64,000 nt of DNA from Octopus sinensis (taxonomy: Eukaryota), in contig NC_043012.1 of assembly GCF_006345805.1 (NCBI RefSeq), positions 21,080,001 to 21,144,000 of the forward strand, in the 5' to 3' direction. The translations under genes and the position numbers were made by a program. Of this stretch, positions 27,068-38,733 are shown in pieces. Numbering within the stretch: position 1 is the first letter of the stretch; each line of letters opens with the position of its first letter. The notes under the pieces are model-generated. The model made no database searches. It saw only the letters and a list, made by a program, of their open reading frames with translations, and was not told the origin of the DNA.

Positions 27068-27370
27068 AAGACACCCGCTGTTTTTGTCCTGTTATTACTA
27101 TTATTGTTTTTTGTATTTATATTCGTGTGGCATCGTCCGTTTTTCTCTCCTTGTTTCGTATACATTCGATCCTTTTTCCAAGAAATCTAATGCTCGTAGC
27201 TTAGTTTTTCCTTGGGGCTGGCCGGATCGAAGCGATCTCAAGATTAATCAGCCGAAACTGCGAGGATGATCCGGTTCTTGACTGAAGATTATAGGCTTCG
27301 AATGACCCGTCTGTTTTTTGTGCCGTTTATTTGAGTGTTTTGCGTTCTTGTCCCATTTTGTATCTTTATA
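27068..27370 (+). mobile_element. Unclassified TA-terminated repeat; second copy at about 52262-52545
   Basis: Shared CGTATACATTCG...CCAAGA.ATCTAATGCTC.TAGCTTAG.TTTTCCTTGGGGCTG...AATCAGCCGAAA...TTCTTGTCC, both ending in (TA)n. Confidence 0.7.
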
Positions 27371-27395
27371 TATATATTTTATACATATATATATA

Positions 27396-27702
27396 TATAT
27401 ATTAATAAAAGGAATTCCAACCTTGTCTCATTTTCACGTTTTATTTACAATCTTATAATGATATATTATAAGATAATATATTATAATAGAATAAAATAAA
27501 ATAGTAGAATGTTAAATTTTCACTCTGATTGAACTAGTACTTTCATGCATTAAATTCTGCAATCTTCGGGTTCAATCAGAATGAACATTTAACATTCTAT
27601 TATTTTATTTTATTTTATTATATTATATTATATTATATCATTGTAAGATTGTAAATAAAACGTGAAAATCAGACAAGGTTGGAATTCCTTTTATTAATAT
27701 AT
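27396..27702. mobile_element. Near-perfect foldback (about 135-bp arms) with a hammerhead in the loop
   Basis: ATTAATAAAAGGAATTCCAACCTTGTCT...CTGATTGAAC pairs with GTTCAATCAG...AGACAAGGTTGGAATTCCTTTTATTAAT. Confidence 0.85.
27531..27573 (-). ncRNA. Minimal type-I hammerhead motif (U4C core, palindromic GUAC)
   Basis: Minus strand: GAAC-CCGAAGA-TTGCA-GAATTTAA-TGCAT-GAAA-GTAC-TA-GTTC. Stem I is continuous with the foldback arms. Confidence 0.75.
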
Positions 27703-27774
27703 TCTTCTATACACAATCACACACACCCATATATACGATTTTAGACAGTTGTATGTGTGTGTGTTTCTGAGCAA

Positions 27775-27822
<48 letters not shown>

Positions 27823-27956
27823 CCCCTGCATATGTGGAGGTCAAATGTAAAAGAGCATGTGCGAATAGTTAATGAGCTTCTATTGTATTTACCGAAACTA
27901 GGTAAATAAAACCATCGAACAGAGATTGTCGGAAGCGACACCTACTGGCTGGCTAC

Positions 27957-27998
27957 GCTGCATTGAAAAGGGGCAATACCCCGAAACGCGTCTGTAGC
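27957..27998 (+). ncRNA. Minimal type-I hammerhead motif with U3-A8 core
   Basis: GCTGCA-TTGAAAA-GGGG-CAATA-CCCC-GAAA-CGCG-TC-TGTAGC. 6-bp stem I, 4-bp GC stem II, palindromic CGCG, GUC site. Confidence 0.75.
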
Positions 27999-28162
27999 TG
28001 CCGGTCAAGTAGTGTGGAGCGACTGACCTCCCTTGTTCGAAGGTTATATGGATACAGTTTGTGTATCAAATAGCTAACTTAAGGCGATGGCCTCATGGAG
28101 CTAATAAGCGGACAGCTTTTTTTTATTTTTATAAGAATGCCATATTATTATGGCGATAACTA

Positions 28163-28223
<61 letters not shown>

Positions 28224-28478
28224 GTATGTATGTATGTATATAAAGATAGATGTGCATATATAGTTTTCAAATTTTGGTACAAGGCCAGTATTTTCAGATA
28301 TTTACCTTGACCTAAATACTCAACTGGAATTTATTTTATCGACTCCGAAAGGCAAAATCTATGTCAGCGGAATTTCAACTCAAAACGTGAAGACATAGGT
28401 AATACCACGAAGCATTTCGCCCGGCTTACACACGTTCCTACCAGCTCGTCGTCATCAGATAGACACACATTAATATAT

Positions 28479-28727
28479 GTCACCGTGACCGTGACCGACC
28501 AGACTATCAGATGTTGCTACACATCGCTGATCACAATGCGCTTTGTATTGTTTTAGCCTTCAAATGACGCCACCCCGCTGGCTAAGCGGGCAGGCCAACA
28601 GAAGAAAGAGTGAGAGAAAGTTGTGACGAAAGAGTACAGCAGGGATCGCCACCACCCCCCGCCGGTGCATCGTGGAGCTTTAGGTGTTTTCGCTCAATAA
28701 ACTCTCACAACGCCCGGTCTGGGAAAC
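28479..28727 (-). mobile_element. Third SINE-like family (C), 5'-truncated
   Basis: The minus strand begins GTTTCCCAGACCGGGCGTTGTGAG (B-box-like remnant) and ends in a GGTCAC repeat tail. Single copy here; recognised from memory only. Confidence 0.5.
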
Positions 28728-28747
28728 ATCAATTAATATATGTATTG

Positions 28748-29154
28748 TTTTACTCTTTTACTCTTTTACTTGTTTCAGTCATTTGACTGTGGCCATGCTG
28801 GAGCACCGCCTTTAATCGAGCAACTCGACCCCGGGACTTATTCTTTTGTAAGCCCAGTACTTATTCTATCGGTCTCTTTTGCCGAACCGCTAAGTGACGG
28901 GGACATAAACACACCAGCATCGGTTGTCAAGCAATGCTAGGGGACAAACACAGACACACAAACACGCATATATATATATATATACATCTATACGACGGGC
29001 TTCTTTCAGTTTCCGTCAAACCAAATCCACTCACAAGCTTTGGTCGGCCCGAGGCTATAGTAGAAGACACTTACCAGGTGCCCACGCAGTGGGACTGAAC
29101 CCGGAACCATGCGGTTGGTAGACAAGCTACTTACCACACAGCCACTCCTGCGCC
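28748..29154 (-). mobile_element. SINE family B, full length
   Basis: A-box-like TGGCTGTGTGG, B-box-like GGTTCAGTCCC, central microsatellite, AAAAGAGT-repeat tail. Collinear with 53393-53817. Confidence 0.9.
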
Positions 29155-29535
29155 TATATATACGTAGAATCAAATTGTTGGCTATTTTGGGTTTTTAATG
29201 AGTTTTTATGTTACGTTATATCATATTCAAAGTATACTATGTTATATTGTAACATAAATTATTGGATCGTCAACTGAATCTCTTTATTTGATTTATTGTT
29301 TGTAATTTGCATTATACCCTATTTATGTGGTATTAAACTGACGAACTAGTGAATTGAAGGACCTCTTTTCCTTAGATTGTTACTATATATATATATTATA
29401 TATATATTATATTAAAGAGAGATAAAACCCTATTAGGCAAATCATACAATGAAAAAACTTAAGCCAATACATAGATTTAATTAATTTATTATTTAAATAT
29501 ATATCAAAATTATTAAAAAAAGATAATTAGTATAA

Positions 29536-29598
29536 CACTATGATCGTTTCATGGCTGTCCAATGCTTAAAATTTCGAGTTAAAGTCATTCTTCAGGTG
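29536..29598 (-). ncRNA. Type-I hammerhead motif in a head-to-head PLE-type unit (about 29400-29760)
   Basis: Minus strand: CAC-CTGAAGA-ATG...CAT-GAAA-CGATCA-TA-GTG. Flanked by an inverted repeat at 29418-29445 and 29631-29659. Confidence 0.65.
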
Positions 29599-29754
29599 AT
29601 TTAAATATTTAACTTAGCGAGGTTTAATCAATGATTTGCCTAATAGTGGTTTTATCTCTAATTTAATATAATATAATATAATATTTTACTATAAAATTGG
29701 ATTACATCTTAAATCTGATTTTTCCCTGTAAATTTGGATTTATTCCCTAATATT

Positions 29755-29837
<83 letters not shown>

Positions 29838-30261
29838 TATATATATATATATATATAAAATATTATTAGAGACAAAACCACTATTTTGCAAAACAAACAA
29901 GGAAAGACTTATATTGAATTCCATAATGAGATAGTATATATATATATTATATATATATATATATATTCCTTTAAGCATGCTGGAGCACAACCAGTGTAAT
30001 CACATTTTCAATGGCCAATCGTATGTGATTGGCTTTTAGTGAAGGAGGGATTTCAACTCTTCTACCTTCTTTTGAGTTTCCTCCCTTGATATAGTTTTAT
30101 CTGGGAGCTTGGATAATAGGAGGTCAATTGTTTCTTGAAACCATCTACCCCTACTCAATGAAGATCCCTCAGATATTTTGGCAAGGCATTAAATAGTTGT
30201 GGGTACTTAAACCCCAAGCTATTAACATTTGGAACACTGCAATGACGGCCATTTGGGGAGT

Positions 30262-30303
<42 letters not shown>

Positions 30304-30739
30304 CATGTTAAGGACAATTTCAGATAGATTCAACAATTTAATTATACATATATTTTGCCATAGATCAATATATATCAGTCTTTAGAATATACCAGTGTAT
30401 CAGTCGATAAAATATTAAAACTTATATATATACACAAATATACAAAAATCTAATATACATATCTAAATAGAGGAAGGAAATTAGGTTACAATGGCGTTAT
30501 GAAAATTATTAAGAATAAAAGTATGTCCTTTAAAACAGGTGAATACAGTAAAGAGCGAATAAAAAATCATTAAGTGCACATCACAAATACACGAACGCAT
30601 TTTAATATCACAAAATAACATTAAGTAATGTATAAACAAAAGCGAATCGAATAAAAAACAAACGCCAAAGACTTGTCATTATGATCACAAAAGCATTAAG
30701 CATAATTATATAACACACCCACCCACATATATAATAATA

Positions 30740-30808
<69 letters not shown>

Positions 30809-30829
30809 ATATATATATTATAATATATA

Positions 30830-31160
30830 AAATATTATTAGAGACAAACCACTATTTTGCAAAACAAACAAGGAAAGACTAATCAAACATAAAATTTAAT
30901 AAATAGTCCAAACAAACCTTGAAACTGACTTATGGAAGTCCACCCTGAAGATTGTCGATCAAGACAAGAAACAATTGTAGTGGCGGTTTTTTTGACTATT
31001 TATTAAAATTTTATGTATTGATTAAGTCTTTCCTTGTTTGTTTTGCAAAATAGTGGTTTTGTCTCTAATAATATTTTATAATATTTACTATAAAATTGGA
31101 TTTAATCCTAAATCTGATTTTTTCCCTGTAAATTTTGATTTTATTTCCCTAATATTTATT
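30830..31160. mobile_element. Head-to-head foldback unit (arms 30830-30912 and 30990-31076), same family as 29400-29760 and 29858-29910
   Basis: AAATATTATTAGAGACAAACCACTATTTTGCAAAACAAACAAGGAAAGAC pairs with GTCTTTCCTTGTTTGTTTTGCAAAATAGTGGTTTTGTCTCTAATAATATTT. (TA)n on both sides. Confidence 0.85.
30940..30983 (+). ncRNA. Type-I hammerhead motif, palindromic stem III
   Basis: CCAC-C-CTGAAGA-TTGTC-GATCAA-GACAA-GAAA-CAATTG-TA-GTGG. Intact core, 5-bp stem II, ACAATTGT palindrome, one extra C before the core. Confidence 0.75.
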
Positions 31161-31277
31161 ATTTATATAATATATATATATTATATACATATATATATAT
31201 ATATACATATACATATTCATAATATATTAATATATATATATATATATATAATTATATATATATATATCTATACATAT

Positions 31278-31440
31278 ACTAGCAGAGATACCCGGCGTTG
31301 CCCGGTTACATTCAATTGAAGAATTAGACTTTTCTGTTATATTGTTATATTTTCTGAATGAACTGGAATATCTATGTTTCGAATTTCATCAAAATTGCAG
31401 ATGAGGGTTATTTCCCTCTTTACACACCCTAAAAAAATTG
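31278..31440 (+). mobile_element. Possible Helitron/Helentron-type non-autonomous fragment
   Basis: ACTAGCAGAGATACCCGGCGTTGCCCGG 5' motif and a downstream GAATTTCATCAAAAT motif. 62830-62990 (AAGTTTCATC...GAGATATCTTGTCCACGGACAAACAAAC) looks like the 3' part of a similar family. Recognition from memory. Confidence 0.4.
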
Positions 31441-31803
31441 TAATCGTGCCACACGGAAACCAAAAGACGAATGATCACAATAAGCATTCAGTTACCCTAC
31501 CCTAGTTGTTACCACTCCCAATGTAGGATTCCTCACCACCCAGGTGACGGGCACATAGCCGTAAGATGCATTACGAATCTATAGCAATTTGAAGGGCGTG
31601 ACCCAACTGAAATCAACATTAACAACTGTGTGACGCGAGGGCTTATAGAAGTGGTTCTCTATTAAATTGTCTAGGCTAATATATAAGACGCTGAGCCTAG
31701 TATTAACACGAAATTGTTAATGACATGTCGGATCAAAGGAGATATTGACAATGACAAATAGTAAACAATGAAAATAATAATATCAGTGATGATAATAATA
31801 ACA

Positions 31804-34800
31804 ATGAAAGGAAGCAGTTGGACTCTCCGAATATCCTGATCGATGATACATCAAGTGATGTTGTCACAATAAAAACACTGGTAATTGCACAACCTGATAA
31901 TCGTTACCTCATATGAGTAACAATGAAAAAACAAAATATTGTGATTAACGGTGGTAATGAAACTGAAGCCCTTGATGGTTACAGTGTTACACCCGGTAGG
32001 CTCGGAGATACTGGTCCGGCTCCAGCTTGACGTTATCCAGCAATGGACCGTCACACACGACGTAGATCGAACAAACAAGTCAATGCTATGGTCATGGTGT
32101 GTTACAACCTGAGCAACCCCGTCGACAAAAATGGTGCTCATATTTGGGGATACCGACAACACATGTATGATCAATACAGTGAAAGAGGATTCTTTCAACT
32201 CACAGAACAGAGATTATGTGATCAAGCTAGAGCAATAACAATAAAATCGTTGGTTTATTGAGGTAGAGCTCGAAGCTATCAAAGGACGGATATTGGAAAG
32301 CAGAGGAAACGATGAAAATACTGTCCTTACTGATAAAAGTAATCTCATAGCAGAAAACAGAGGTGAAATTTCTAGTGAACCACAGGAAAAGAACGGTGAT
32401 AGCTTGCTTGATGGGAGTTATAGGGTCTGGAAGAAGACAATAAAACTAATGGTGACATGACAAATGGGCAAAAGGTAATCTACGCAGAATAAAGGCAAGG
32501 CCGCAAGAGAACGATAGCATCGTTATTTGCAAACTTAAAATGGCTGATCGGTGGAAAATGAACCAAGTAACGAAAAATGTGAATGAAATATGGAATACAT
32601 TAGAACAAAAAGCATCGCAGAAAGAAATAGTTTGATCAATGCACCAAGCATTGTTGTAGTAGAAAATCTGGGTGTTGATGTCACGAAAAGGAAATATAAT
32701 AGGAGTGACAAAAGAAAAGCTCCATGGTGGAAAAGAAGAATACAGGCGATGTTAGATATGCTCTCGAAGGACATTTCTGTGTTAGACCGAAAAGAAAAAG
32801 GGGAGCTTAAAAGTGAAAAAAATAAAGGGCACTGAACAGGAAGTATGATATTGAAAGAAATGGACTGAAAGTGGTAATATGGGAACTGAAGCAGCGCCTC
32901 GTTGCAAAGAAAGCAAAGAATTTAAGATACGACCAAAGAATGAAGGGTTACCAGCAGAATAGATTATTCAGAGTAGATCAGAATAGATTCTAGAAAGAAA
33001 GAAGTGGAGAGTGTACAGATGAAAAGTTGATACTAGATAACATTGAAAGTAAAATGTGTTTGGAGTGACATCTGCAGCAAAGACAGGAGCACAAGAAGGA
33101 TGCTGAATGGTTGCAAGAACTGAAGCAAACAGTAGTCTGTCAAAAACAGGCAGAACTAGTCATTTCAGTTAGGGAAGTGAAGGAAATCAGCAAAAACATG
33201 AGCAACTGGAAGGCTACGGGAGCAGATGGAGTTCAAGTCTATTGGATCAAAGGATTTGGTGAATGCCATGCACGAATAGCTCCGCGACTCAACACCTCGT
33301 TAAATACTGACCAAGTAACACCAGAGTGGTTGACATTGGGTAGGACACTGCTGTGTTTGACAAACATTGAAAAAGGCAATTACAGGCCGATAACCTGCTT
33401 GCCATTTATGTGGAAATTATAGTCGCAAAATCAATGTACGGACATGAGGAAAAATATGAGCAGAAGGGTTGCAAGCGTAAGTGCAGAGGGAACAAGGATC
33501 AACACCTGGTAGACAAAGCTGTACTTGGAGACTGCAAGAGAAGGAAAAGTAACTTAGCCATGTCATGGATCGATTTTCGTAAGGCGTCGATATGATCCCA
33601 GATTCTTGGATTATAGAATGTCTGAACCTATTTAGAATGGCGAAGTGCAGGACGGAACTTACAGCATATGGAAGAAGTTAAGGGACAACAGAAATCAGGA
33701 GAAGCAACTTCCAGGGGGACTGCTTGTCCGCACTGATCTTTGTACTGTGCATGATACCACTGACACTGATTCTGAGGAGAGCAAAGGCTGGGAATCTATT
33801 CAAGAGCCACCAACAAAAAGTCAACCAATTGTTATTCATGACTCAGACTTTATGGTAAAGAGGAATTGCAAGTCAGTTCCCTCGTTGACTCGGTGTATAC
33901 TTTCAGTACTGATATCAGAATGGAGTTCGTATTGAAAAGGTGTGGTGTATTTGTATTGAAGAGAGGCAAAATTAAATATATGGACGGGTTAGCGATACCG
34001 TCAGGAGAGGTTATGAAGCAGACAGAAGAGACGGGCTATAAGTACTTGGGGATTTTGGAAATGGAGAAATTGATGGAGAGAGAAACGACAGAAAAATTTA
34101 AGGTGGAGTACTTGCGCAGACTGAGACTGATCCTTAAGTAGAAATTAAACGGACGGGATAAGATTGAAGCTATCAACACCGGGGCGGTTTCACAACTTAG
34201 ATATGGAGCAAGAGTAATCGTATGGACAGTAGACGAACTAAACAGCTCATACAGAAAGATAAGGACAAGATATGGGATACTACACCCAAAAAAAGGACAT
34301 AGACGGACTGTATTTACCGAGTAAAAGAGGGGGAAGAAGACTAATTGGATGCGAACACAGCATTAGCGCAGAAGTAAACAACACAGCATGGTATATAAAA
34401 AATGCCACAGAACCGCTATTATTGGAAATATGAACGTCAGGCTTGTGTAGCATGGAATGTAGCACTTGAGAATGAATGAATATGAAAATAAGTGGATAAA
34501 GAATGCATAGACACTTTCATAAAGATGTTGAAGATGAGACAGACAGAGAAAAAAGATGGCTGTAGATGACCAAATGTGATATAAAATTGGAAACAGAGGC
34601 TCTGATATGTGCTGCCCAAAAGCAAGCAGTAAGAACGAATTACATCAAATACAGAATAGACAACATATCAGAAAGTCATAAGTGCAGAATTTGTTGCCAA
34701 AGTGGTGAAACAATATGCAATGTACCCCACTAGCCCAGATAGAATATAAGAAACGTCATGACAAAATAGAAAGGATTGTCCATTGAAAGCTTTGCAACAA

Positions 34801-35316
34801 GTATGGGCTTGACTGAGCAAAAAAGTTGTACGAACATAAACCCGAAGGCATCATCGAAAATGATAATACAAAGATCCTGTAGGATTGTATGATTCAGTGC
34901 GACCATGAGATAGAGAATAGGAAACCAGACATAGTGTTAATTGAGAAAGTAAGCAAACGATACTAGATCATAGATATAGCACGCCCAGCTGACAGCAAGT
35001 TATGCGATAAGGAAGAAAGAAAATTCGATAGATATGACAGGTTAGCTTGGGCGGTTAAGCAGTTGTTATCGATGAAAAAGGTGGTAATAGTGCCAATAAT
35101 TGTCGGAGCCCTGGGAACAGTGAGTAAAAATCTTGAGAAGTACATAGAACAAATAGGGGCTGCAATAAGGGTGGAGCACTTGCAGAAAACAGCACTGTTT
35201 CAAACCGCTCAAATACTCCTGATAGTGCTCGAAAAATAAGGGATGTTACCTTAGTTCACTGGTAGTGAACAGCTGACATCGTAGTACATCTCCAGCGTTA
35301 TAAGTCGTACAAAGAC
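31804..35316 (+). mobile_element. Near full-length but decayed R4/Dong-like non-LTR retrotransposon
   Basis: In order: GYRQHMY...[40 protein letters not shown]...[28 protein letters not shown] (about 34680), RKPDIV (about 34920). Ends in (TAA)n. Many stops and frameshifts. Confidence 0.9.
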
Positions 35317-35320
35317 AATA

Positions 35321-35371
<51 letters not shown>

Positions 35372-35373
<2 letters not shown>

Positions 35374-36109
35374 GTTGACCCGCAGCAAACAAGCTGATGT
35401 TGACCAGAAGCAAACCCATCAGTGGCTACGGAGCTCAGGGCTAAAAGCAGAGAGCGAAGGTTTCATCCTGGCTGCTCAAGATCAAAGCCTATTAACCCGG
35501 AACTACCAGGCCAATGTGATGAAAAATGGAGCAGACCCAAAATGCCGATTCTGCAACGACATGATTGAAACAGTGGACCACCTAATCTCTGGATGTAAAG
35601 TCTTAGCACCAGTGGAGTATAAATTAAGACATGACAGAGTTGGCCAATATCTCCACTGGCTAATAAGTCGGCATTACAATATCAAAACTGCCGACAAGTG
35701 GTATAATCACCACCCTGAGGCTGTAACTGAAGGAGAAAATGTAACCATTCTGTGGGACTTTCCAGTACATACAGACCGAACCATCAAGGCCAATAAACCA
35801 GATATTGTTGTGAAAGACCAAAACAATAACGTTTGCTTATTGATCGACATGAGCATCCCCTGTGATCATAATATCTCAGCGAAAGAGTTTGACAAGCTCA
35901 GAAAATATAAAGACCTACTCATTGAAATTGAGAAAATGTGGCATCTCAAGGTGGTTACAATACCAGTGATCGTAGGAGCACTAGGAATGATCAAGAAGGG
36001 AACCGAAAATTATATGAGAATGATCCCTGGCTTACCATCCCTGCAAGAAGTGCAAAAGATTGTCTTAACTGGTACATCACACGTATTGAGAAGAGCATTG
36101 TCGATGTGA
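35372..36109 (+). CDS. 5'-truncated R4/Dong-like ORF: CCHC zinc knuckle plus restriction-like endonuclease (element about 35373-36279)
   Basis: Uninterrupted 245 codons: CRFC...ETVDHLISGC, RHDRV, WDF, KPDIV...LIDMSIP...EFDKLRKY, IPVIVGALG. No true start codon. (TAA)n on both sides. Confidence 0.92.
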
Positions 36110-36312
36110 GAACTGTTGCTGCTCATGTATTTTAATTTAACTTAAAAAAAAATTTTTTAAATGAACGAACTACTGAGTTTGGTTTAATGGCCTACCATTG
36201 TATACTGTTTCTTTGCCCTAGGAGTCGGGAAGACACTCGGCAAGAAATGGAAGCAAATTTGAAAGAAGAAAAAAAAAAGTAATAATAATATTAATAATAA
36301 TACTTTTTTGAT

Positions 36313-36484
36313 GAGTGGGGTAAGTCGATTATACCAACCCCGGTACTGGTATTTATTTGATCGACCCCGGAAGGATGAAAGGCAAATTAGACCCCGGTGG
36401 CATTTGAACTCAGAACGTAAAGATGAACTAAATGTCGTTAAGCATTTTGTCCGGCGCGCTAAAGAATCTGTCAGCTCGCCGCCT
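36313..36484 (-). mobile_element. SINE family A
   Basis: GATCGACCCCGGAAGGATGAAAGGC...ATTTGAACTCAGAACGT...CAGCTCGCCGCC. Further copies at about 28277-28453(-), 39153-39575(+), 41645-41840(-), 59400-59620(+) and 63010-63450(-). Confidence 0.8.
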
Positions 36485-36497
36485 AGGCGTGCGCGCT

Positions 36498-36530
<33 letters not shown>

Positions 36531-37007
36531 CTGTGTGTCTGTGTCTGTGTGTGTGTGTGTGTGTCTGTGTGTCTATGTGCGTGCGTGCGTGTGTCTGTGT
36601 GTGTGTGTGTGCATATACGTCTACATATACGACCGTCTTCGATACAGTTTTCGCTTACCAATTCCAATCACAAGGTATCATTGACACTGAGTCTGTAATA
36701 GACGACATTTGCCCCAAAGCGCTGTAACAACTGGTAGGACAGCAATGTAAGCCCAGCATGACTGCTTCGAACGCCGCTCATTGTCTCACATTACTAACTT
36801 TAATTCTTCTCTGTTATAGATATCTACAGTATAGGAGAAGCACTTTCCTAATGTTACGTGCCTTTATAAGAATAAGATAATTAGTTCTGGTTTGACAGTG
36901 GAAGGAAACGCCACTAGAAATTATTCAATTCACTAGAAATAGCAGATAATTATTCTTCAAATCACCGCTCATTTTCATGATAAACTATATTTTGGATAAT
37001 GTAGTTA

Positions 37008-37430
37008 TGAATGAATGAATGAATGAATGAATGAATGCATATCACCATCATCATAACTGAGGGTTGAAGGGTTCAGACACAGCCTCCACCCCTTGTAAAC
37101 CACCACGCCAAGGTTTTCCAGGTTAGTCCCTCATGTCTTTCACCCTCCTCGTCTTTGTTACTGCGAGCTCCTTTTCTTTCCACCGAGCAACCGGGACGGA
37201 GGAACAGAGCTTCCGAACCTCAATAACGGGACTAAAATATTGCAGATTCAACCGTATGACTCTTCTTATCAGAAATTGATCTGCGCTCAACTATTTCAAG
37301 ACAACATCGTTCGTTCTGCGGATCACGCAACGGATCCGCAGTACATCATCTTGAACGCTCTAAGTCGCTAATTGTTAGCCCTAACTTAACATCCTTACCT
37401 CACACCCATACACTGCTCTGCCCAGCATAT
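37008..37430 (-). mobile_element. Probable RTE-clade LINE 3' remnant with (ATTC)n tail
   Basis: The minus strand reads YGCEVRML...LRIR...RRGG*KT* (compare RTE YGCE.W...LRRI...RRRGGQ.KTW). (GAAT)n at 37008-37036 lies at its 3' end. Confidence 0.45.
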
Positions 37431-38235
37431 CAGGGCCTTTAGAAAATTCATTTGATGTCTTAGATTAGTAGTAATTATTGCGATTACAAACACAGATGTA
37501 CTAACAACCCACACCAGCTAAAAAAAATTTAAGATGGAATGGTCATAACAGGAAAGTCTTTGATCATAGGTCCGTTGGGACGAAAACTGAGTATATTCAA
37601 AACAACGGCAATATCAACAAAAGCTGTTGGCTTAGACTTCATTTTCATTTTGTGCTGTTTCGTGTCTTTGACTCTTTTATAATGAGAACAATTGCTCAAG
37701 GTTGAAATATTTTGCAGGGTCTCTAAGCATAAAAGCAAATCACTTTGGATGCGGCTTCTGTAATAATACGGAGACGATTGAGAAACCAATCATCATAAAT
37801 ATTCTTCAATAAGAAACCAATCATCACAATCTTCAAGTGTATTAGGTGGTTTCGCTATTTACCCCGCTTTTTTTTTATTTCTTCTTAGGAATTCCTCTAA
37901 TTCTGTTTTGATCCATTTCTTCCAGACATTTCCCCAAAACAAATTGCTTTCAGGTTCTTTTCTCATTAATTTACAGCAGGGGAGACTTTTTTTTTTGAGA
38001 AAACCAAAAATAACAGTTTTCTCCCCTTTTGTCATTTACATGTGCGGGTACACACACACACACCACACACACACACACACAAATATACGCACATACATAT
38101 ATGTATGTATATATATGTACATATAATATATATATAATATATATATATAATATATAATATAATATATATATATATATATATATGTGTATAATATATATAT
38201 ATATAATATATAATATATAATACATATATAATATA

Positions 38236-38287
<52 letters not shown>

Positions 38288-38694
38288 TATATATGTACAT
38301 ATATATATATACACAAGCACTTGTATTTATGTATGTATATATACACTTACATGTGTGTGTGTGTGTGTCCCGTTTAAATCTTCTAAAGGCAATTACTTGT
38401 TTTCTCCACTTACAATAACATGTCAGAAATAATAGTACACCTAAACGTTTACCATTTTTTTTTACGAATGTTTCTTTTGAACGAAATATTCTTTTCATAT
38501 TTTTTTTCCATTGATATTTTTTTTAATTTGCTGTGTTTTTTTTTCCTGGCGCGTGTACGTGTTCCATCATTACTTCTTCCTTTTGTATGTTGCTGGATTA
38601 TTTTCTAATAGCTTTTGGCTACTGCATCAACAACAACATCCACCACCATCCTTATTACCATCGCTCTTGTCGTCTTTGTCGTCATCGTCATTAT

Positions 38695-38733
<39 letters not shown>

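Larger units (their letters stand above)
26939..27890. repeat. Inverted repeat pair (26939-27068 and 27734-27890) enclosing two other inserts
   Basis: AAATACAATAGAA...CTATTCGCACATGCTCTTTTACATTTGACCTCCACATATGCAGGGGCTC(TC)n...AACTGTCTAAAATCGTA and its reverse complement. Confidence 0.9.

Noticed and set aside
27275-27312. GACTGAAGA...CTTCGAATGACCCGTC as a hammerhead (and its homologue at about 52458-52492)
   Set aside because: GAAT replaces GAAA in both copies, there is no stem I, and the homologue lacks the core.
31500-31600. HDV-like ribozyme upstream of the Dong-like element (GGATTCCTCACC)
   Set aside because: No P1 or P2 partner strands could be found.
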